Source: Coprobacter sp. | GTDB lineage: Bacteria; Bacteroidota; Bacteroidia; Bacteroidales; Coprobacteraceae | Direction of reading: 5' to 3' | Length of the DNA stretch: 64,000 nt | Assembly (NCBI GenBank): GCA_022511245.1 | Contig: JAFLRV010000001.1 | Coordinates: 5,788 to 69,787 of the forward strand | Part shown: positions 57,883 to 64,000 of the stretch, piece by piece | How positions within the stretch are numbered: the first letter of the stretch is position 1 | Layout: the number at the start of each line of letters is the position of its first letter | Notes under the pieces: model-generated | Databases searched by the model: none | What the model saw: the letters and a program-made list of their open reading frames with translations, nothing else | Told to the model about the DNA's origin: nothing | Position numbers and translations under genes: made by a program

Positions 57883-58332
57883 ATGAAACAGATTATAACT
57901 ATCGCCATATTCCTGCTGGCAACGGCACAGATGCTGCCGGCAGCCGCACAGAACGCCCCGACGGCCAACAACCGGCTGGAACAGTTCAAAGCCGAAAAAA
58001 GAGCCTATCTGGTAAAAGAAATCGGGCTGACCCCCGCCGAAGAGAAACAGTTTTTCCCGCTGTACGACGAACTGCAATCCAAAAAATTCGAACTGAACCG
58101 GACCGTCCGCACCGAGATGCGGCGCATCGCCCGTCCGAACACACCGGTCAGCGATAAAGAATATGCCGAGTCGGCGGCCGCCATCAACGACCTGCCGCTG
58201 CAGGAAGCACTGCTCGACAAAGAGTATTTCGAAAAATTCAAAAAAATACTCTCCCCGCAAAAGCTGTATCTGTATAAAAAAGCCGAGATGCAGTTTGCCC
58301 GAAAAATACTGAAAGAACATTCGGCCAAATAA
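57883..58332 (+). CDS. secreted helical protein, Spy/CpxP-like periplasmic stress protein candidate
   Basis: Signal MKQIITIAIFLLATAQMLPAAAQ and repeated LxxxQ-type helices (LTPAEEKQFFPLYDELQ, LSPQKLYLYKKAEMQ). Third gene of the sigma triad. Confidence 0.45.
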   Translation: MKQIITIAIFLLATAQMLPAAAQNAPTANNRLEQFKAEKRAYLVKEIGLTPAEEKQFFPLYDELQSKKFELNRTVRTEMRRIARPNTPVSDKEYAESAAAINDLPLQEALLDKEYFEKFKKILSPQKLYLYKKAEMQFARKILKEHSAK

Positions 58333-58473
58333 CAATACCCCGACCCTCTCCGAAAAAGGTGCCCGCCCGGCACCTTTTTTCTTTTCCGGGAATGAGGTCT
58401 GTTAACAATACCAAAATCGCACAAAAAAGAGAGATTCCGCTTTCATTCCTTTGTTTTTTAGGGCTTGTTTTTT

Positions 58474-58481
58474 TAATTTTG
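58474..58481 (+). promoter_or_regulatory. TAnnTTTG -7 box upstream of the XRE-cupin regulator
   Basis: TAATTTTG, 21 nt upstream of the ATG at 58502. Confidence 0.45.
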
Positions 58482-58501
58482 TAAAACCAAACAGAAACAA
58501 A

Positions 58502-59059
58502 ATGATGAACAATCAGCTCAAACAGATAGCCCAACGGCTTGTCGGATTGCGGGATGCCCTGAATATCAGTGTTCAGGAAATGGCCGACACTTGCGGAGTG
58601 TCCGAAGAAACCTACCGGCAATACGAAAGCGGAACGGCCGACATCCCCGTGAGCACCCTGCACCGCATCGGAGCCCGGTACGGCGTGGAGCTCCCGGCGC
58701 TTATGTTCGGTGACGAACCCCACATGAATGCCTATTTTCTTACCCGCAAGGGGAAAGGTGCGGCAGTGGAACGCTCCCGCGCCTACAAATACCAGTCGCT
58801 GGCCGCCGGCTTCATGAACCGCAAAGCCGACCCGTTTATCGTCACGGTCGAGCCGGACCGGGAAACACAGCCCATCCACCTCAATACCCATCCGGGACAG
58901 GAATTCAACCTGATACTCGAAGGCCGGGTCATGTTGCAAATCGGGAACAACGACCTGATACTGGAAACCGGCGACAGCATCTATTTCGACGCCAACCGGC
59001 CGCACGGCATGAAAGCCCTCGACGGCCGTCCGGTGAAATTTCTCGCTATCATCATCTGA
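58502..59059 (+). CDS. XRE family transcriptional regulator with C-terminal cupin domain
   Basis: MMNNQLKQIAQRLVGLRDALNISVQEMADTCGVSEETYRQYESG (HTH_3), followed by the cupin motifs HPGQEFNLILEG...GDSIYFDANRPHGM. Confidence 0.8.
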   Translation: MMNNQLKQIAQRLVGLRDALNISVQEMADTCGVSEETYRQYESGTADIPVSTLHRIGARYGVELPALMFGDEPHMNAYFLTRKGKGAAVERSRAYKYQSLAAGFMNRKADPFIVTVEPDRETQPIHLNTHPGQEFNLILEGRVMLQIGNNDLILETGDSIYFDANRPHGMKALDGRPVKFLAIII

Positions 59060-59094
59060 CAGCATCCGTTACCCAACGTAATGCCCTAAAAATT

Positions 59095-60750
59095 ATGTTA
59101 GAAAAATTCGTCAGCCAAACATCGTTCTGCTCACAGGAAGACTTTATGCAGAACTTCCATATAAACATCCCCGAAAATTTCAATTTCGGATACGATGTAG
59201 TCGATGAGTGGGCCCGCATCGCCCCCGACAAAAAAGCCATGTGCTGGACCAACGACAAAGGAGAGCATATCGACTTCTCCTTTGCCGACATCAAACGGGA
59301 AAGCGACAAAACCGCCGCCTATTTCCAGTCGCTGGGCATCGGTCACGGCGATATGGTCATGCTCATCCTCAAACGAAGATACGAGTTCTGGTTCTCCATC
59401 ATCGCCCTGCACAAACTGGGCGCCGTATGCATTCCGGCCACCCACCTGCTCACCGAAAAAGACATTGTCTTCCGGTGCAACGCCGCCGACATCAAAATGA
59501 TTGTCGCCGTCGGTGAAGAGCTCGTCATCGACCACATCGACCGGGCGGCCGCCGCATCTCCCTCCCTGCAACACCGGGTGTCGATAGGACCGGTCGTTCC
59601 CGAAGGGTGGAGCGACTTTCAGTCCGGCATCGGAACGGCCGCCCCGTTCACCCGTCCGGAGGCGGCCAACTGCAACAGCGACACCTCGCTGCTTTATTTC
59701 ACCTCCGGCACGACCGGCAACCCCAAAATGGTAGCGCACGATTTCACCTACCCGCTCGGCCACATCCTCACCGGCTCTTTCTGGCACAATCTGCACGAAG
59801 AGAGCCTGCACCTGACACTGGCCGATACCGGCTGGGGCAAAGCCGTATGGGGCAAACTCTACGGACAATGGATTGCCGGAGCCACTGTTTTCGTGTACGA
59901 TTTCGACAAATTCACCCCGTCCGACGTGCTGGTCATGATTGAAAAATACCGGATTACCTCCTTCTGCGCACCGCCGACCGTGTTCCGGTTCCTGATACGG
60001 GAAGATTTGAGCCGGTTCGACATCTCCTCACTCCAATACTGCACCATTGCCGGAGAAGCACTCAACCCCAAAGTGTACGAAGAGTTCTACCGCATTACCG
60101 GTATCAAACTCATGGAGGGTTTCGGACAGACCGAGACGACACTCACCATCGCCACCTACCCCTGGATTGAACCCAAACCCGGTTCGATGGGCATACGCAA
60201 TCCCCAATACGACATCGACCTGCTGACGGCCGACGGCCGCTGGGCCGAAGAGGGAGAACAGGGACAAATCGTCATCCGGACCGAACGGGGCAAACCGCTG
60301 GGGCTGTTCAAGGAATACTACCGTGACCCCGAAAGGACCCGCGAAGCCTACCACGACAACATTTATTATACCGGCGACGTGGCGTGGCGCGATGAAGACG
60401 GCTATTTCTGGTTTGTAGGCCGGGCCGATGACGTCATCAAATCGTCAGGCTACCGCATCGGGCCTTTCGAAGTGGAAAGCGCCCTGATGACCCATCCGGC
60501 CGTTGTCGAGTGCGCCATTACCGGAGTGCCCGACGAAATACGGGGACAGGTCGTCAAGGCCACCATCGTACTGGCCGCCGACTACCGCCGACAGGCAGGC
60601 GAGGCACTCATCAAGGAGCTGCAGGACCACGTCAAGCACGTCACGGCACCATATAAATATCCGAGAGTTATCGAATTCGTCGACGAACTGCCCAAGACCA
60701 TCAGCGGGAAAATACGCCGGGTAGAGATACGGGACAAAGACAACGCCTGA
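59095..60750 (+). CDS. AMP-binding acyl-CoA synthetase (medium-chain type)
   Basis: 551 aa with LLYFTSGTTGNPKM (AMP motif), GFGQTET, YYTGD and PKTISGKIRR. Confidence 0.88.
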   Translation: MLEKFVSQTSFCSQEDFMQNFHINIPENFNFGYDVVDEWARIAPDKKAMCWTNDKGEHIDFSFADIKRESDKTAAYFQSLGIGHGDMVMLILKRRYEFWFSIIALHKLGAVCIPATHLLTEKDIVFRCNAADIKMIVAVGEELVIDHIDRAAAASPSLQHRVSIGPVVPEGWSDFQSGIGTAAPFTRPEAANCNSDTSLLYFTSGTTGNPKMVAHDFTYPLGHILTGSFWHNLHEESLHLTLADTGWGKAVWGKLYGQWIAGATVFVYDFDKFTPSDVLVMIEKYRITSFCAPPTVFRFLIREDLSRFDISSLQYCTIAGEALNPKVYEEFYRITGIKLMEGFGQTETTLTIATYPWIEPKPGSMGIRNPQYDIDLLTADGRWAEEGEQGQIVIRTERGKPLGLFKEYYRDPERTREAYHDNIYYTGDVAWRDEDGYFWFVGRADDVIKSSGYRIGPFEVESALMTHPAVVECAITGVPDEIRGQVVKATIVLAADYRRQAGEALIKELQDHVKHVTAPYKYPRVIEFVDELPKTISGKIRRVEIRDKDNA

Positions 60751-60753
60751 CCC

Positions 60754-61188
60754 ATGAACACCATGCAGGATAACGAATGGTTTGCCGGAGCGCAAGACTC
60801 CGACGCAGGAAAAATCATCTGTCGGGGACGGCTGTTTCCCGGCGGACAACGGGAGTTTGCCGGCTTTCCCATGCGGGTCGAGATACAGTGGCAATACAGC
60901 GGAAAAGGAACCGACGGAATGCCCGACGACAAAGAGGCCGAACTCACCGACCAGGTGATGAATGCCCTCACCGACCGCTGCGAACGCAAAGGCATCGCCC
61001 TGCTTACCGCCGTACATACCGGTGCCCGTCTGGCCTGGTATGTGTACTACTGCCGTTCGGTCGATGACATGTCGGCCTGCATCGACGACATTTTCGGCGC
61101 ATACCCTCCCCTGCCGGTACGCATAGGTGCCGTACAGGATACCGGCTGGAGCGATTACAAAAAACTGCTCTCCACATTTTCTCTTTAA
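60754..61188 (+). CDS. hypothetical protein (I recall similar proteins as DUF695)
   Basis: 144 aa with no signal peptide. It starts 3 nt after the acyl-CoA synthetase stop. Confidence 0.45.
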   Translation: MNTMQDNEWFAGAQDSDAGKIICRGRLFPGGQREFAGFPMRVEIQWQYSGKGTDGMPDDKEAELTDQVMNALTDRCERKGIALLTAVHTGARLAWYVYYCRSVDDMSACIDDIFGAYPPLPVRIGAVQDTGWSDYKKLLSTFSL

Positions 61189-61199
61189 ACGAACACCGC

Positions 61200-62303
61200 A
61201 TGAACGAAAAAAAAATAAAAACCTACCGCTATAAGCGCATCGCTGTAAAAATAGGCAGCAATGTGCTCACCCGGACCGACGGAACGCTCGATATTACCCG
61301 CATGTCGGCACTGGTCGACCAAGTGGCCGGACTGCACCGGGCCGGGATGGAGGTCATACTGGTATCTTCCGGAGCGGTGGCATCGGGCCGCAGCGAACTG
61401 AAAGGCATAAAAAAGCTCGACGCCGTATCGGGCCGCCAGCTCTTTTCGGCGGTAGGGCAGGCGAAACTCATCAACCGTTATTACGAGCTGTTCCGGGAAC
61501 ACGGCATCGCCTGCGGACAGGTGCTCACCACCAAAGAGAGCTTTGCCACCCGGCGCCACTACCTCAACCAGCAGCACTGCATGGAGGTGATGCTCGACAA
61601 CGGCGTGATTCCCATCGTGAACGAAAACGACACCATCTCGGTCACCGAACTCATGTTTACCGACAACGACGAACTGTCGGGACTCATCGCTACCATGATG
61701 AACGCCGAAGCGCTGGTCATCCTCAGCAACATCGACGGCATCTACAACGGAGCGCCCGGCGCACCCGGTTCGACCGTCATACCCGAAATCAAAAGCAGCC
61801 GCAGCGACCTGTCGGCCTATATCCAGACCGCCAAATCGGATTTTGGGCGGGGCGGCATGCTCACCAAATGCAACATCGCCCGCAAAGTGGCGGCCGAAGG
61901 GATTCCGGTCATCATCGCCAACGGAAAGAAAGAGAACATCCTGCCCGATTTGCTGCAAACCGACAGCCGGACGGTTTGCACCCGGTTCCTGCCGGCAGCG
62001 AAAGCCGCATCGGGGGTCAAAAAGTGGATTGCCCACTCCGAAGGTTTCGCCAAAGGCGAGATTCACATCGACCGCAACGCCTGCGAACAGTTGCTTTCGC
62101 CCCGTGCCGTGAGCCTCCTGCCGGTGGGTGTCACCCGCATCGTCGGCGAGTTCGAGAAAGGCGATATCGTGCGTATCTTCAACGCCGACAATACCCCCAT
62201 CGGCGTAGGCCGTGTCTCGTTCGACAGCAACAAGGCCCGCCAGCTGGCCGGACAGCAGGGCGCCAAACCCCTCGTCCATTACGATTATCTTTATCTGGAT
62301 TAA
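61200..62303 (+). CDS. proB: glutamate 5-kinase
   Basis: 367 aa with IAVKIGSNVLT, VSSGAVASGR, ENDTISVTELMFTDNDELS and a C-terminal PUA domain. Confidence 0.92.
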   Translation: MNEKKIKTYRYKRIAVKIGSNVLTRTDGTLDITRMSALVDQVAGLHRAGMEVILVSSGAVASGRSELKGIKKLDAVSGRQLFSAVGQAKLINRYYELFREHGIACGQVLTTKESFATRRHYLNQQHCMEVMLDNGVIPIVNENDTISVTELMFTDNDELSGLIATMMNAEALVILSNIDGIYNGAPGAPGSTVIPEIKSSRSDLSAYIQTAKSDFGRGGMLTKCNIARKVAAEGIPVIIANGKKENILPDLLQTDSRTVCTRFLPAAKAASGVKKWIAHSEGFAKGEIHIDRNACEQLLSPRAVSLLPVGVTRIVGEFEKGDIVRIFNADNTPIGVGRVSFDSNKARQLAGQQGAKPLVHYDYLYLD

Positions 62304-62408
62304 TCAGAGAATTACTTTCAAATCCATTTATATCCGGATTAGGAATTAGGAACTTGGATTAAACTTCCATTACACGTACATCATAAACTCAAAATTATAG
62401 TCATAAAT

Positions 62409-63044
62409 CTATAATATATTTTTTTCCCACAAAGAATAATCCGTCATATTTTCTTTAAACTTAAAAATTATATTTACCCAATCATTATCAAATATTAAGT
62501 AATCAGAACTTTCTTCTTTAAGAACTATATTCAATTTATTGATTAAAATTTTTCCTTTGGATATATCATATGAATAAATTCCCGTGTCAGAATAACCAGC
62601 AATCATATATAACTCTTGATTATCTATAAAAACCAAATAAATTTTTTTATTATCAAATTCTGCTTCATAACATTTCCCTGCATATTTCCCTACCCGTTTT
62701 ATTTCTTTAAATCTATTATCTGGTTTAAAAATCATCTCTTGATATTTTAATCCATTACTTTCAATTTCAATCACTTCATCGTTTTCTATAACATTTATAA
62801 TATTCCCTCGTCTTTTATAAAAAGCTCCATCCATATGACCATAACACATATAAAGATTTTTATTTTCTCTGACTATATCTGTTGATATCTTTGAAAACAG
62901 AATAGCTCCATTATCATACAATTTTATAGCCATAAGTGACCCATCTTCAGTAGTACAAGAATATACCCTATTTGTTATATTATTACTACATCCCGTCATA
63001 AACATCATTAAAATAAGCAGTACTGCAATGTTAAAATTTTTCAT
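62409..63044 (-). CDS. orphan lipoprotein of unknown function encoded in the AT-rich insertion
   Basis: 211 aa. MKNFNIAVLLILMMFMTGCSNN (classic lipobox). N/K/I/Y-rich composition typical of low-GC DNA. No motif recognised. Confidence 0.6.
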   Translation of the reverse strand: MKNFNIAVLLILMMFMTGCSNNITNRVYSCTTEDGSLMAIKLYDNGAILFSKISTDIVRENKNLYMCYGHMDGAFYKRRGNIINVIENDEVIEIESNGLKYQEMIFKPDNRFKEIKRVGKYAGKCYEAEFDNKKIYLVFIDNQELYMIAGYSDTGIYSYDISKGKILINKLNIVLKEESSDYLIFDNDWVNIIFKFKENMTDYSLWEKNIL

Positions 63045-63446
63045 AAATCAATAAATAAAATTGCCTATAAGTCTCCTAATTCAGCAGTAAATATTAGATT
63101 AAAAAATAAGAAAGGCGTGAGACTTGTCTGCCAGTTCACCAAAACTGTGGCATCGCCAAACGCCTTTTGTAGAATGAACAAGGAGAAACAATATCCCCAC
63201 GCCATTTTGATATGCAGATACAACAAGTACTGCTGTAAGCATATACAAAACAGAATGAGCGATAATTTCCTCTGTCCTCTACAAGTAAAATTTGGCGAAT
63301 TTTCAGTTTTGGGACAAAGCAAAAACGCTTTCTTATGTCTGTTCTGACTTTTGTCAAAACGTTGCAAAAATACACAATTTCTGTAATATACAATATTTGC
63401 AATAGAAAATCTCTTTATTTCCAACTCCTTTATCGACTGTTTTTCT

Positions 63447-63454
63447 TACATTTG
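63447..63454 (+). promoter_or_regulatory. TAnnTTTG -7 box upstream of proA
   Basis: TACATTTG, 21 nt upstream of the proA ATG. Confidence 0.45.
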
Positions 63455-63474
63455 TTCTAACAAATGATTACACC

Positions 63475-64000
63475 ATGACCTCCATAACCGAAACATTACA
63501 AGCTGTCAAAGAGGCCTCCCGATGCCTGAACCGGATAGACGAACCGACGATAAACGCCGTTCTGTCGGCAGTAGCCGACGAAGCCGAGCGGGAAACGCCT
63601 TACCTCCTGCAGGAAAACCGGCGGGACCTGGATGCCATGTCACCCGAAAATCCCAAATACGACCGGCTCATGCTCACCGCCGACCGCATCGCCGGTATCG
63701 CCGCCGATATGCGCAAGGTAGCGGCCCTGCCCTCGCCGCTGGGACGTATCCTTAGCGAAACAGTGCGCCCCAACGGAATGAAAATACAGAAAGTGACCGT
63801 ACCTTTCGGGGTCATCGGCATTATTTACGAAGCCCGGCCCAATGTCACGTTCGATGTATTCTCGCTCTGTCTGAAGTCGGGCAATGCCTGTGTACTGAAA
63901 GGAGGTTCCGACGCCCAATATTCGAACCGGGCCATTGTCAACCTTATCAACAGGGTGTTAATAAAGTTTGGAATCGACTCAAACACAGCTATTTTACTTC
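63475..64000 (+). CDS. proA: glutamate-5-semialdehyde dehydrogenase (N-terminal part; runs off the right window edge)
   Basis: Not in the ORF track because it has no stop in the window. Hand translation gives [52 protein letters not shown]...[36 protein letters not shown]. Confidence 0.88.
   Translation, partial: MTSITETLQAVKEASRCLNRIDEPTINAVLSAVADEAERETPYLLQENRRDLDAMSPENPKYDRLMLTADRIAGIAADMRKVAALPSPLGRILSETVRPNGMKIQKVTVPFGVIGIIYEARPNVTFDVFSLCLKSGNACVLKGGSDAQYSNRAIVNLINRVLIKFGIDSNTAILL

Larger units (their letters stand above)
62304..63474. other. AT-rich insertion separating proB from proA
   Basis: Hand counts of G+C: 11 of 60 at 62401-62460, versus 33 of 60 at 62241-62300 (proB) and 35 of 60 at 63521-63580 (proA). 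It contains one opposite-strand ORF and about 430 bp with no convincing ORF. Confidence 0.65.

Noticed and set aside
63065-63424. 119-aa minus-strand ORF (and overlapping 76- and 88-aa ORFs) in the right part of the AT-rich insertion
   Set aside because: These have a Cys/Phe/Leu-rich, nonsensical composition, no start context and overlapping alternative frames of equal quality. The segment is treated as non-coding.

Overview
This 64-kb chromosomal segment reads like a Bacteroidales (Bacteroidota) genome of fairly high G+C. Rikenellaceae/Alistipes-like is only a guess. Supporting signs are many lipobox signal peptides, TAnnTTTG promoter boxes about 20-45 nt upstream of start codons, tight ATGA-overlap operons and type IX secretion (T9SS) genes. 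Left to right: exbD-exbD-exbB; a His-rich small ORF plus a heavy-metal RND efflux operon (adaptor, CusA/CzcA pump, TolC-like); nucleoside phosphorylase; hisS; a GNAT; cysK; a seven-gene TetR/TolC/HlyD/2x ABC ATPase/2x ABC-2 permease operon (YbhGFSR-like); a porW(sprE)-porX-tsaE-Imm17-like string; a ZnuB-like permease; aroA; tatD; a polyprenyl synthase; porQ-cmk-ispH; pfkA; a RelA/SpoT enzyme; a 7TM-HD phosphohydrolase; pepD; ompH; a giant lipoprotein plus beta-barrel pair divergent from a roughly 1900-aa alpha-2-macroglobulin; a thioredoxin-like protein; tRNA-Ser(GGA); a TonB-dependent receptor; an ECF sigma triad; an XRE-cupin regulator plus acyl-CoA synthetase; and proB and proA. I saw no transposase, integrase, reverse transcriptase, CRISPR array or recognisable toxin/defence gene. 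Most worth a second look: (1) the uncharacterised 1019-aa lipoprotein plus 477-aa barrel cassette back-to-back with an apparently thioester-less A2M; (2) a very AT-rich 1.2-kb insertion carrying an orphan lipoprotein gene that splits proB from proA; (3) seven tandem 12-bp repeats, behind a promoter-like box, in the leader of the thioredoxin-like gene; (4) two orphan promoter-like boxes in convergent intergenic regions (sRNA candidates); (5) a perfect 12-bp inverted repeat overlapping the TetR promoter. The supplied ORF track uses alternative start codons and omits ORFs that run off the window, so several starts were re-derived by hand. Family names come from my memory of motifs, not from searches.
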